A program made the position numbers and the translations under genes. A stretch of 64,000 nucleotides of DNA from Candidatus Micrarchaeota archaeon (lineage in GTDB: Archaea; Iainarchaeota; Iainarchaeia; Iainarchaeales; JAGVWC01), in assembly GCA_043803815.1 (NCBI GenBank), contig JAZDJR010000035.1, positions 1-64,000 of the forward strand. The letters run 5' to 3'. The notes below the pieces were generated by a model. That model did no database searches and had not been told where the DNA came from. It saw only the letters and a list, made by a program, of their open reading frames with translations. Positions 47,533 to 57,636 of this stretch are shown one piece after another. Each line of letters opens with the position of its first letter. The first letter of the stretch is position 1.

Positions 47533-49146
47533 ATGGCTGCCCAAAATCAAAAAATAAAAATAGCGGTGGTACTGATTGCGATACTGGCCGCCCTGATCCT
47601 TAATATCCCCGTTCTGGCGGGATATGCCCAGTCGAATCCGCAGCATGTTTTTTTAGGATTCGATTTTTTTGACGATTTTCATAATTATTCCATGTATATT
47701 TACGAAGCCGCTCATTCCAACCACCTGTTTCTTGAAAACAGGAACAACACGCAGTTTGACGAACCGGGAAGATACTTTTGGCCGTATTTTTTATTGCTTG
47801 GAAAAATCGTCCAGCTGACCGGACTTTCGATTCCCGTCGTTTTTATGGCCAGCCGCGCGATTGTTTTGCTCCTTTTACTCGGCGTGGCATGGAAACTGGT
47901 GCAGGAACTGTTTGAGAATAAGGAACAGCAGGTACTGGCTTATGCCTTGATTGCGTTTGGAACGGGTTTTGGCTGGCTTTCACGGCTTTTGGAACCCGTA
48001 ATTCCTATCTTGCAAAGGATAAAAGGCGCGGACATGGATTACACCCTTGGATACAGCACATTTTCGGGCGCCATGTATCCGCTTTCAACCTTGGCATTTG
48101 CGCTTTTCCTTGCTCTATTTTATTTTATTCTCCGATATCACGCAACCCGAAAAAACAAGAATCTGGCCTACGCGCTGGTGGTGTCGGTTCCGATTCCGTT
48201 CATTCACCCGCCGACCATTCCGCTGGTATGGGGAATACTGGCTACAACAACCGTAATATTTTTGGTGTTTTCAAAAAACAAGTTCAGGGAAAACATGTCG
48301 CACAGCGTTAAAATCTGGGGCGTGCTAATCGTTGCCCCGATTCTGTTCGGGTTATACCTGCTTTGGGCGCTTGGTGACCCGAGTTATGCGGGAAGCGTTG
48401 CGACGTATGCGGCTTGGGGCCGATGGTTTAAGCCGATTGTCTGGCCGATTGGGTTCGGCCTGCTCGGGCTTTTTGCACTCATCGGCCTTGCCAAAGAAAA
48501 ATTCAAAAACAATTTTACGAGGATTTTGGTCATTTGCTGGCTGGTCGTAAGCCTGCTATTGGCGCTCACGCCGACGGGAAGAAAATTCCTGATCGGCGCC
48601 CACATCCCGATGGCTTTGCTTGCGTCGGCAGGAATACTTTGGGCATTCGGCAAATTTTTGGGCTGGAAGCGCAGGACAACGAGGCAAAAAATAATCATTG
48701 CGGGAATTCTCGTCGTTTTGATGTCGCTGACGTATGTCATCAACACGCAGGACAAAATCAAATCGATACAGGAAAACCCGTACGCTTCTTTGACCCAAAG
48801 CGAGATTGATGCAATGACGTTTTTAGAACAGCAGCCCAAAGCAAATGTTCTTTCCAGCTATCGCATCGGAAGCGATGTTACGTGGATGACCCCGCACCGG
48901 GCGTTTTTGGGGCACTGGGGAGAAACGCTTGGCATAAAGGAAAAAACGCTGGAAACCAAGCAATTCTTTTCCACCGGACTTACCGCGCAGGAAAAAATCG
49001 GCTTTCTGCAAAAAGAAAAAATAACGTATATATTTTACGGGCAGGATGAAAAACAATACGGAAACATCGACCCCGCCGTCGGCCTGGAAACGATTTACCA
49101 AAACGCGGAAGTGACTATTTACAAATTCAACCCGCAGCCGGCGTAA
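47533..49146 (+). CDS. GT-C-like multi-TM membrane protein
   Basis: D...Y..YI in first loop, G.GFGW, HP, C-terminal GHWGET / YIFYG..E domain. Confidence 0.6.
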   Translation: MAAQNQKIKIAVVLIAILAALILNIPVLAGYAQSNPQHVFLGFDFFDDFHNYSMYIYEAAHSNHLFLENRNNTQFDEPGRYFWPYFLLLGKIVQLTGLSIPVVFMASRAIVLLLLLGVAWKLVQELFENKEQQVLAYALIAFGTGFGWLSRLLEPVIPILQRIKGADMDYTLGYSTFSGAMYPLSTLAFALFLALFYFILRYHATRKNKNLAYALVVSVPIPFIHPPTIPLVWGILATTTVIFLVFSKNKFRENMSHSVKIWGVLIVAPILFGLYLLWALGDPSYAGSVATYAAWGRWFKPIVWPIGFGLLGLFALIGLAKEKFKNNFTRILVICWLVVSLLLALTPTGRKFLIGAHIPMALLASAGILWAFGKFLGWKRRTTRQKIIIAGILVVLMSLTYVINTQDKIKSIQENPYASLTQSEIDAMTFLEQQPKANVLSSYRIGSDVTWMTPHRAFLGHWGETLGIKEKTLETKQFFSTGLTAQEKIGFLQKEKITYIFYGQDEKQYGNIDPAVGLETIYQNAEVTIYKFNPQPA

Positions 49147-49287
49147 ATAAAACCAGCCGACTGCAGCGGAATGCCAATAACTAAGTTATTAAAAAGAATC
49201 AATGAAAAAATATCAAAAATATCCGTTGAACGGAAAATGACCGCACAAAAACCGCGGCAATCGGCATACAAAAGGGGATTATTTCAA

Positions 49288-50853
49288 ATGAATTTCGGAA
49301 AAATAGACAAAAGACTCCTGATTCCGATTATTTTTGCCATCGCTCTTGCGCTGCTTCAGCTTACTCCTTCCATTGCGGGTTATTTTGTAAACACCGATAA
49401 GGTGTATTTGGGGTTTGAATCCATTCAGGATTCCTATGTTTATGCCTCGTTTATTGAAGATGCCAAGCACAATTTTTTCCTCCTGAATAAAAACCACGCT
49501 TTGGAGCCCCAAGTCAGGACCTATTTTGTCCCCATTTTTAACGTGGCCGCATTTATGAACACGTGGCTTGACTTACCCCTGGTATTTTATGTTATACGCT
49601 TTTTTCAGACTTTATTTTTCTTGGGCTGTCTCTGGTATTTTTTGAGTTATTTTTACAAAAATTACCGCGAAAAACTGTTTTCCTATCTTTTCATACCGAT
49701 TGCGGGCGGCTTTGGATGGCTGGTCACCATTGTCGGAGTGGTGATCCCGTTAATCGGACGGATCCGAAGCTATGACATTACCTATTGGATGGGATTCAGC
49801 CTCATCGGACATATGTACCTGTTTCATCGGTACTATGCACTCGGACTCGTGCTTGTGGGATTCATCCAGCTTTTGAAATATTACGAAAAAGGCGAAACCA
49901 AGCGCCTAATTGCCGCGGCTTTGCTTGGGCTCGTGTCGTTTTTTATCCATCCGGTTACGACCATTTTTTTTACCGTCACCGTAATCGGAATGCAGGTGCT
50001 GATTGCGCTCAAGAATGGAAAAATAGGAAAAAAACAGATACTGACCATTTTGGTTTTCGGAATCGTGCTTTTTCCGATTATTCCTTTTTCGGCTTGGGTC
50101 GCGCAAAACCCGGTCGCGGCCGACCACCAAAAAGTTTATTTTTTCCAGAAAGCCTCGCAGCCGTTCGTGTTTTATTTTATCGCCTACGGCATGCTGCTCA
50201 TCATTACGCTCATCAGCCTTACCAAGGCCAGCTGGCTGGATGACAAGGATTCTCCCGCAATATTCAAGGAAGTCCCGAAAAACAGCCTGTTTTTGTCCTG
50301 GATTATAACATCGCTTATCCTGTCACAGATAGGATTTGGAGTGGAGTACACCATTTTCCTTTTCGTAGCGCTCGCATTTGTTGCCGCCAAATGGATTTAC
50401 AATATCCGCGAAAAAGTGCCCAAACTGCTGTGGATTGCAATCATTTTATCCTGCATCCTGTCCGTTCCTTTTGTCATTGCGGAAAGAACCAACCGCGCGG
50501 TAACCAGCGAGTACGCTTATATTACACACGGCGAAGACGAGGCCATGAAATTTTTGGACAACCAGCCCAAAGGCGTTTTTTTGGGGGACAAGATTATTTC
50601 TTCCATCGTTGTTTGGAGGACCAAACATACGGTTTTCAGCGACATCGAATACCTGACTTATGATTACCGCGACAAAATGGGAGAAGTCAAACAATTCTTT
50701 GACGGAAATCTGGACATTCCAAAAGAATACAAGGGAAAAATCGATTACCTGTGGATCGGCCCCGCCGAGGATTTAAACAAGACCTACACGTCGGAAAAAA
50801 CCGAACTCATTTTTTCCAATAGCGACGTAAAAATTTACAAGATACTGAAATGA
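49288..50853 (+). CDS. GT-C-like multi-TM membrane protein, tandem paralog of 47533 (start 49288 likely; ORF open from 49171)
   Basis: D..VY..FI, GGFGW, HP, E.EAM.FL.NQPK, V.IYK shared with the upstream gene. Confidence 0.6.
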   Translation: MNFGKIDKRLLIPIIFAIALALLQLTPSIAGYFVNTDKVYLGFESIQDSYVYASFIEDAKHNFFLLNKNHALEPQVRTYFVPIFNVAAFMNTWLDLPLVFYVIRFFQTLFFLGCLWYFLSYFYKNYREKLFSYLFIPIAGGFGWLVTIVGVVIPLIGRIRSYDITYWMGFSLIGHMYLFHRYYALGLVLVGFIQLLKYYEKGETKRLIAAALLGLVSFFIHPVTTIFFTVTVIGMQVLIALKNGKIGKKQILTILVFGIVLFPIIPFSAWVAQNPVAADHQKVYFFQKASQPFVFYFIAYGMLLIITLISLTKASWLDDKDSPAIFKEVPKNSLFLSWIITSLILSQIGFGVEYTIFLFVALAFVAAKWIYNIREKVPKLLWIAIILSCILSVPFVIAERTNRAVTSEYAYITHGEDEAMKFLDNQPKGVFLGDKIISSIVVWRTKHTVFSDIEYLTYDYRDKMGEVKQFFDGNLDIPKEYKGKIDYLWIGPAEDLNKTYTSEKTELIFSNSDVKIYKILK

Positions 50854-50954
50854 CCTCCTTTTGCCCGAAGACGGCTATTTGAAGCCGGACATTGCACCAA
50901 AGCCATATTAAGAAAAATCACCCCATGGGTTAAACGTCCAAAAAAGGTGAATAA

Positions 50955-51890
50955 TTGAAAAACGTCTGGAAACTGGTGGTCGGCCTCGTGCTCTTGGCCG
51001 CCTTGTATTACCTGATTGGAATAACCCGTGTTATTGAAAAAATCGCCTCGGTTAACCCTTTTTTTGTCATTTTAGCCGCCGCACTCCTCGTTTTTAGCCT
51101 TGTGTTAAGCGGCTTAAACGTCCTGATTTCCGTCTGGCCTTTCCGAAAAATCTCTTTTTCAAAAGCCGTAAAGTACTATTTTTTCTCCTGGTCCGTCGGC
51201 TTTTTGGGACCCGGAAAAGTCGGGGATTTTTCCATCATTCCCCTCCTGCAAAAAGATGGAATTACCGCGGGACAGGCCACCGCGTCCGCCATCCTGAACA
51301 AAACCACAACAGTGTTTACCCTGTTTTTTTTGTCGGCTTTTGGCGTGCTGTTTTTTTTCGAACCCTCCTACGCGTTCCAGCTGATTTTGGCCGGCGTTGC
51401 GATTCTGGCGGTTTTTGTTTTTTTGGTCTGGACCCCGATGGGAAGAAGCTGGATTAAAAAAATCCTCGGAAAAAAAAGCGCCTGGTTTGCGGGATTTGGA
51501 ATCGCCATGGACAGTTATTTTTCAAAGCACCGCGACATCGTTATCCTAAACGAACTGGTGACGGTTGCCCAATGGCTGACTCTTGCGGTATTTACGCTCG
51601 CCTTATTTTGGGGGTTCGGCTTTTTTCCCTCGTTTTGGGACGTTGTATTTGTGGCCTGCATTTCGAGTGTGGTTTCCCTGATTCCGATTTCCCCCAACGG
51701 AATCGGCGTGCGCGAAGTGACGTATACTTTTTTGGCCGGCCTTGCCGGTTGGCCCGCCGTCACCACCGTCAGCGTGATTGCGGTTTCTCTGGCGATTCAT
51801 TACGCGATTGTCGTTGTAACGTTTGTTTTTTTTGCGGGCGAAATTAAGGGAATCCTAAAAATACAGGGTCCTGAAAACGGCGGTGCATGA
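50955..51890 (+). CDS. Lysylphosphatidylglycerol-synthase TM-region (flippase-like) protein
   Basis: PGKVGD, IPISPNGIGVRE; multi-TM; GGTGA RBS and TTG start. Confidence 0.78.
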   Translation: MKNVWKLVVGLVLLAALYYLIGITRVIEKIASVNPFFVILAAALLVFSLVLSGLNVLISVWPFRKISFSKAVKYYFFSWSVGFLGPGKVGDFSIIPLLQKDGITAGQATASAILNKTTTVFTLFFLSAFGVLFFFEPSYAFQLILAGVAILAVFVFLVWTPMGRSWIKKILGKKSAWFAGFGIAMDSYFSKHRDIVILNELVTVAQWLTLAVFTLALFWGFGFFPSFWDVVFVACISSVVSLIPISPNGIGVREVTYTFLAGLAGWPAVTTVSVIAVSLAIHYAIVVVTFVFFAGEIKGILKIQGPENGGA

Positions 51891-51891
51891 G

Positions 51892-52806
51892 ATGAAAATA
51901 CTTGTTACCGGAAGCGGCGGCTTGGTCGGAAAAAAAATCGCGGAGTTGTTGGTCAATCAAAAACACTCGGTCGTGAATTTTGACCACAACAGCGGTTTTG
52001 ACATTTTGGACCCGCAGGCGATTACCGCGGCAATGAAAGAGTGCGACGCGGTTATTCATTGCGCCGCGCTCTTAAACGAAAATCGGGGAAAAGACCTTCT
52101 TTGGAAAACCAATGTCGACGGAACAAAAAACATTCTCGCGGCCTGCGTGCAAAACAAGGTCAAGCGCCTGGTTTTTTTGAGCAGTGTCGGGGTTTACGGA
52201 ACGGTTCCCGGAATCAAAAACGAAAATTCCCCGCTTTCGCCCAAAACCCTGTACGACCAAAGCAAGGTTGCCGGCGAAAAATTCATCCTCGAAAACAGGT
52301 CCGTTGGTTACACCATTATCCGAAGCGCCTTAGTGGTCGGCCCGAGCCCGCACTGGAAAAAACTCTTTTCTTTTGTCAAAAAAGGTTTCCCGTTGGTCGG
52401 CGACGGGCGCCAAACCTGGCAAACCGTCGATTATGAGGACCTGGCCAAAGCCGCGGTATTTTTGCTTTTTTCAAAAGAAGGCCAAAACGGGGTTTTTATC
52501 GTCGCGGGAAGCGAAAAACCCTCCTTGATTGAATTCACCGGTTTTATTCGCGAGTCCATGGGGAAAAAAACACGGGTAATGACGGTTCCGCTTTGGATTG
52601 GAAAAATCGCGGGTTTTTTTGGCGGTTTTTTGTTTTGGGTTTTGCAAAAGCCGAATCCCCTTTCGCCGGTCAGTTTGGAAGGAATGCTGCAGGAACGGCG
52701 CTACGATATTTCCAAAATCGAAAAAGCGGGATGGAAAAACGGTTTTTCGTTCAGGGAATCCATCCAAAAAACCGTTGCCGAACTCAAAATGAAAAATTCG
52801 CGATGA
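51892..52806 (+). CDS. NAD-dependent epimerase/dehydratase (extended SDR)
   Basis: TGSGGLVG, NVDGT, SSVGVYG, YDQSK. Confidence 0.82.
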   Translation: MKILVTGSGGLVGKKIAELLVNQKHSVVNFDHNSGFDILDPQAITAAMKECDAVIHCAALLNENRGKDLLWKTNVDGTKNILAACVQNKVKRLVFLSSVGVYGTVPGIKNENSPLSPKTLYDQSKVAGEKFILENRSVGYTIIRSALVVGPSPHWKKLFSFVKKGFPLVGDGRQTWQTVDYEDLAKAAVFLLFSKEGQNGVFIVAGSEKPSLIEFTGFIRESMGKKTRVMTVPLWIGKIAGFFGGFLFWVLQKPNPLSPVSLEGMLQERRYDISKIEKAGWKNGFSFRESIQKTVAELKMKNSR

Positions 52807-52812
52807 TTCGCT

Positions 52813-53388
52813 TCAGTCTTTTTCAAGCTTCCAGTAGATTTGGTAGCACAAATTCCCGATGAAATGCGCCGCTTTAATCCTGAGACTGGCCGGAATCAAT
52901 TTGGCCGGCTTGGTAAAAAACAATTCCTGCTCTAAAACATTGAATTTGGATTTGGTATACCTTTTGAACGGCCCTTTTTTCGTATAAAACTGGTCGATGG
53001 TGGTTTCGCACCACATGATGTGATGGAACGGCAATTGGCCAAAATTAAACGAATTGTAATAAGGGACTTCAATATGCAAAATTCCGCTTGGTTTTAAGAC
53101 CCGGTAAATTTCCGTTAAAACCTCGTCGAATTTGAAGGTATGTTCCAAAAAATTCAGGCAAAAAACCTCGTCGAATTCCCCGTCCTTAAAAGGAAGCTTT
53201 TTTTCCGCATCCGCAACAATGTCCGCGCCCGAAGCGGGGTCTGCGTCCAGCCCGACGGCGCCGGGTATTTTTCGCCGTCCGCAAGCCAGGTCCAGTATTT
53301 TTTTAGAGCCCGGCCGGTAGGAGTTGATTTTTTTGGTTGTCCAGTGACCGACTCCCGCCTCGTTGGATACGAATGAATGCTTAATCAT
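52813..53388 (-). CDS. Class I SAM-dependent methyltransferase-like protein
   Basis: LDLACG, LPF.D.EFD, FLEH, RVLKPSG, VP. Confidence 0.75.
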   Translation of the reverse strand: MIKHSFVSNEAGVGHWTTKKINSYRPGSKKILDLACGRRKIPGAVGLDADPASGADIVADAEKKLPFKDGEFDEVFCLNFLEHTFKFDEVLTEIYRVLKPSGILHIEVPYYNSFNFGQLPFHHIMWCETTIDQFYTKKGPFKRYTKSKFNVLEQELFFTKPAKLIPASLRIKAAHFIGNLCYQIYWKLEKD

Positions 53389-53472
53389 CTTTTCACATTC
53401 TGGAAATCAATGCTTATATGGTTTGCTTTTGGTTAAAAAACGGTCAGGCGGCCTTCATGAAAATGCTTCGGT

Positions 53473-54564
53473 TTATTTTTTGGCCGATTCCAAAACATTT
53501 TTTATTCTTTCCCCGATTTCTTCCCAGGTAAACACTTCGGGATTTTTGGGAACGAATTGTTGCGGGTTTTTCAGGACTTTTGCGATAACTTCGGCCGTTT
53601 TTACGGGGTCTTTTTGGTTTTTTATTTCAACCACATACTTTTTTTGCGCAAACGCGGGGGACGCGCCTTGGTTTACGATGACGGGAATTTGGGCGGCGAG
53701 GCCTTCCAATAACACAAGCGAAACGGCACGAAAACCCAAAAGCAAAATCAGGGCGGACGAGCATTTGAGCTCCTTTAGGTAGGCATCCCGGTCGGTCATG
53801 GCGCCTTTAAACTCGACTTTGGAAGATATGGCCAGTTTTTGGGCGAGTGCAACAAATTCTTCCCGGTCCGGCCCGTCGCCGATAATCACAAGTTGCACTT
53901 TGGGGTTTTGCTTTGCAACGATTGCAAACGCGGGCAATAAATCCAAAAAACCCTTGCTTTTCACCAGCCTTCCGACGCAAAGCAGGCGGCCGGGTATTTT
54001 TTCAACCTTGACCGATTCGATCCGTTTTCGGTCGATTCCAAGGCCGATGATTTCGGACGGAACTTTTCCGAACAAATGGCGGTACTGCTCGGATTCGGAA
54101 TCCGAGGAATAAAAAACATAGTCGATTCTGGAATTAAAAAAGCGGATTAGGCGGTCGAAAAAGGACCGCAGGAACTTTTTGAAACGCGAATGCGCGCCGG
54201 AAGCATTGACATAAATCGCCAGTTTTTGGTTCTTTTTTTTGGCGAGCATGGCGAATAAGGTGGGCAGGTTATTGTAGCCGTTCACCAAAACAAAATCCGC
54301 GTCGCTTTTTTTTAACGCCGAAAAAAGTTCTATGGAAAAAAAATAGCTTTCTTTTGGGGAAAAAGCCGAAAATTCGCGGATGGTCAATCCTTGCCAGTCA
54401 ACCGACTGCGTCTTTTGCGGTGTGGTCGTAAAAATTTCAACTTCCAAACCGGCGTTGGAAAAATACCTGGCGAGCTGTACGGTCAGGTTTTCAAGGCCTG
54501 TTGAGTACAGGCGCGGGGTGCGCGGGCAAACCAGCACGATTTTTCTTTTTTGGTTTTTTTTCAC
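53473..54564 (-). CDS. GT4 glycosyltransferase; likely GTG start 54564 overlapping the upstream TGA
   Basis: TGLE, VGRL.KSKG, GDGP, LLEGLA. Confidence 0.82.
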   Translation of the reverse strand: MKKNQKRKIVLVCPRTPRLYSTGLENLTVQLARYFSNAGLEVEIFTTTPQKTQSVDWQGLTIREFSAFSPKESYFFSIELFSALKKSDADFVLVNGYNNLPTLFAMLAKKKNQKLAIYVNASGAHSRFKKFLRSFFDRLIRFFNSRIDYVFYSSDSESEQYRHLFGKVPSEIIGLGIDRKRIESVKVEKIPGRLLCVGRLVKSKGFLDLLPAFAIVAKQNPKVQLVIIGDGPDREEFVALAQKLAISSKVEFKGAMTDRDAYLKELKCSSALILLLGFRAVSLVLLEGLAAQIPVIVNQGASPAFAQKKYVVEIKNQKDPVKTAEVIAKVLKNPQQFVPKNPEVFTWEEIGERIKNVLESAKK

Positions 54565-55841
54565 AGGTCTTTTGCTCCTTTCAGGATTCGAAGGCTTGGA
54601 ATCAGCAATACGAAACATCCGCCTTTTTTCATTGCCGATTCGGTTTTTTGCATGATTTCTTTTGCGTAGTTCCACGAAAAAATAATCAAAAAATCGGCCG
54701 GTTCTTTTTTTAGCCCCGGCAAATCGACAATCGGAATTCCGGTGTTTCCGATAAACCGCCCTATCTTTTCCGGCGTCTGGTCAACCACAAAGGAAACCAA
54801 ATCCTTTGAAATGCCGAAAAAATTCAGCAGTACGCACGCTTTGGCGGCGGCGCCAAAACCCGCCGTTTTTTTTCCCCGCTTTTTTTGCAAAATCAAAAAA
54901 TCGATGGTTTGTTTGCGTATTTTTTCAACGGAGTTTTTGTAGGAAAGATACGTGGCCGGAAGGTACAATCCATCCCGCTCTTCCTGAGTTAGCAGTTCGG
55001 CAACCGAGGATTGGGGTGCCAGCGGGCTTTGGGTGTGAACCGCCCAGATGCGCAGCGCATCCGCATGAACCAAAGAGGAGGATGCGTCGATTATTTTCAA
55101 GCCGTGCTCTTTTAAAAGCCGGACCAGGGGTTTTAGCAAAAAATAGGACAGGTGTTCGTGGTAAATCGTGTCGAACTCGTTTTTTTGGATAAGGTTTGCG
55201 GCATAATGGACTTCGCAAACCATTGCGCCATCCAAGGCAAGGGCATTTCGGCAGTTTTCAATGAATGCATGAACATCGGATACTTGAGCCAGAACGCTGG
55301 TAGCCGTAATTACCTGCACTTTTCCTTTTTTCAAAACGGCTTTGGCGGATTTTGAATCCCAATAGCTTGCAATGGTCGGGATTTTGTTTTTTCGGGCTAT
55401 TTTTGCAAGCTCTCGGCCGGGCTCCACTCCAAGGGTTTCAAATCCCTGCGTTTTGAATGCCTGCAGTAAACAGCCGTCGTTGCTTCCCAAGTCCAGCACG
55501 GCCCCGTTTTTTAATTTTGGAAAACGCCGGACAACTTCCGCGGCCAGTTTTGAACAGTGCTCTTGGAATGTTTTGGAAAGCGAACTGCGGTAGGCATAAT
55601 TGGAAAAAATAAGGTTTGGATTGACCGCTCCACCCAGCTGAATAAATCCGCAATCCGGGCAAAAATATACCTGAACGGGAAAAGACGGCGCTTTTTCTTT
55701 TTGGGTCTTAAAAAACGAATTCACGAGCGGAAGTTTTCCCATGTCCAAAAACAAGGCCATGTCCGCGGCGCCGCAGAGCCGGCAGGCCGAAAGCGGCTGA
55801 AAATCGGGATTGTTTTTTTTTCGGCGGTTTGACATAAACAT
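54561..55841 (-). CDS. Second NDP-hexose C-methyltransferase paralog
   Basis: CRLC...CPDC, GSNDG, YHEHLSYF, FGAAAK, SWNY. Confidence 0.82.
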   Translation of the reverse strand: MFMSNRRKKNNPDFQPLSACRLCGAADMALFLDMGKLPLVNSFFKTQKEKAPSFPVQVYFCPDCGFIQLGGAVNPNLIFSNYAYRSSLSKTFQEHCSKLAAEVVRRFPKLKNGAVLDLGSNDGCLLQAFKTQGFETLGVEPGRELAKIARKNKIPTIASYWDSKSAKAVLKKGKVQVITATSVLAQVSDVHAFIENCRNALALDGAMVCEVHYAANLIQKNEFDTIYHEHLSYFLLKPLVRLLKEHGLKIIDASSSLVHADALRIWAVHTQSPLAPQSSVAELLTQEERDGLYLPATYLSYKNSVEKIRKQTIDFLILQKKRGKKTAGFGAAAKACVLLNFFGISKDLVSFVVDQTPEKIGRFIGNTGIPIVDLPGLKKEPADFLIIFSWNYAKEIMQKTESAMKKGGCFVLLIPSLRILKGAKDL

Positions 55842-55940
55842 ATTTGCAAATTTTGTAAAACATTTTGGGTGAGTTTTGGGTTTTTATTTTATTCCAAATT
55901 ATTTTTTGCAGCATTCGTTTTCGGTTCGGCTTTTTGCGGT

Positions 55941-56891
55941 TTATTTTTTTAACTTTTTTTCCAACTGGCTTTTTTTAATCCGGTACAGCGTTTCTTCCGC
56001 GATTTTCCGGTTGTTTTTAAGCATCTCGGCCAAAAGGCCCATGGTGACAATCTGAAATCCGAACACCAGCAAAGCAACAGACAGCACCGCGGTAGGCAAA
56101 TACGGTTCGACAACGCCAAAACGGAAAAAATGGACCAATATCCGCAGGCCGAACAAAAAACCGGCGACAAAAACAAGCCCGCCCAACGTCACAAACACCT
56201 TAAGGGGCTTATACGACAAATAACCGATGACCAAAGTCAAAACCGATTTTTTGGCGTATCCAAATACGCTTCCAATCAGCCGCGATTCGTCTTTTCGCTT
56301 CCTAAAATCAACGGGCACTTCCACAATCCGAAGCGAAAGATTCGCGGCATGTACAATCGTTTCCTGGGTATAGGTGTAGTTTGATAAAACCACGAGGCGC
56401 AGGGCGGCTTCGCGGCTGAATGCGCGAAAACCCGTCTGGCCGTCGCTGACGGGAATGCCCGCGACCATCGAGACCGCGCGGGTGGCCAATTGGTTTCCCA
56501 GTCGTTTTGAAAACGGCATGGATTCGATGTAGCCCGCAAAGCGCGAGCCCAAAACGATGTCGGCTTGGCCGTCCAAAACGGGTTTCACCAAAAGCGGGAT
56601 TTGTTTTTGGTTGTACTGCATGTCCGCGTCCGTATTGACGATGATGTCCGCGCCCATTTCAAGCGACTTTTGCAAACCGTCGCGAAACGAGGACGCGAGC
56701 CCTTTGTGCGGATTTTTGAGCACGGTTGCACCTTTTTTTTGGCTGACTTCCGCGGTTTTGTCCGTGGAACCGTCGTCGATTACAAGAGTCGAAATGCGGT
56801 CGATTCCCCTTATCGAAAAAGGGATTTCGTCCAGCACCAAAGAAATGGTTTTTTCCTCGTTAAAAGCCGGAATCATGATTACTAAGTGCAT
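55941..56891 (-). CDS. DPM-synthase-like GT2 with C-terminal TMs
   Basis: PAFNEE, DDGSTD, DADMQY, GSRF, D.QTGFRA. Confidence 0.88.
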   Translation of the reverse strand: MHLVIMIPAFNEEKTISLVLDEIPFSIRGIDRISTLVIDDGSTDKTAEVSQKKGATVLKNPHKGLASSFRDGLQKSLEMGADIIVNTDADMQYNQKQIPLLVKPVLDGQADIVLGSRFAGYIESMPFSKRLGNQLATRAVSMVAGIPVSDGQTGFRAFSREAALRLVVLSNYTYTQETIVHAANLSLRIVEVPVDFRKRKDESRLIGSVFGYAKKSVLTLVIGYLSYKPLKVFVTLGGLVFVAGFLFGLRILVHFFRFGVVEPYLPTAVLSVALLVFGFQIVTMGLLAEMLKNNRKIAEETLYRIKKSQLEKKLKK

Positions 56892-56906
56892 ATAGTCCTC
56901 TTTGAT

Positions 56907-57632
56907 TTACTCCTTAAATAACCCAGCCGATGGCGGGGATTTCAATAAAAAGCGGATTCTTAAAAGGCCCAAAAACATGCTGGGAACCGTCATAAATCCG
57001 ATTTTGCTTTCCGCGGCATCCGTCCACACAATGGGAACTTCAAGTATGGTAAATCCCTTTTTTTTGGCGCGCCAGAGCAGTTCGACGTCGAACTCGAAAA
57101 ATCCGGATTCAACGGACTGCATAATCGGAACGGTTTTTTTTGAAAACACCTTGGCGCCGCATTGCGTGTCGTTGAGCGGCAAGCCGAACAAAAAATTCAC
57201 CAAAAAATTGAACGAGCGTCCCAAAAATTTCCGGTACTCGGGCTGGTTTAGGATTTTCGAACCGGACAGGGCGCGGGAGCCGATTGCAATATCCGCTTTT
57301 GAAAGGCCGCTTAAGATTTTCAGGAATTCCTGCGGCGGCGTCGAATTGTCGGCATCCACAAACGCCACGACTGGCTTGGCGGCAAGGGCAAATCCCCGTT
57401 TGACTGCTCCTCCTTTTCCGATTTTTCTTGGAACGTCGAGTAAGCGCACGTTTTTTTTCCCCTTTGAAAAAGAATTTACCACGCCGGCGGTATTGTCCGA
57501 GCAGTTGTTGGCAACGACGATGATTTCAAAGTCGGATTTTTTTTTCGAAAAAAAAGAGTAATACGAGTCCAAAGTCTGGGCGATTCTTTTTTCCTCGTTA
57601 TAAGCGGGAATGATGATTGAAAATGATTCCAA
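56907..57632 (-). CDS. Dolichyl-phosphate glucosyltransferase-like GT2 (Alg5/DPM-like); likely TTG start 57632
   Basis: IPAYNEE, GKGGAV..G, DAD, DTQCGAK, FDVELL; GGTGA RBS. Confidence 0.87.
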   Translation of the reverse strand: MESFSIIIPAYNEEKRIAQTLDSYYSFFSKKKSDFEIIVVANNCSDNTAGVVNSFSKGKKNVRLLDVPRKIGKGGAVKRGFALAAKPVVAFVDADNSTPPQEFLKILSGLSKADIAIGSRALSGSKILNQPEYRKFLGRSFNFLVNFLFGLPLNDTQCGAKVFSKKTVPIMQSVESGFFEFDVELLWRAKKKGFTILEVPIVWTDAAESKIGFMTVPSMFLGLLRIRFLLKSPPSAGLFKE

Positions 57633-57636
57633 ATTT

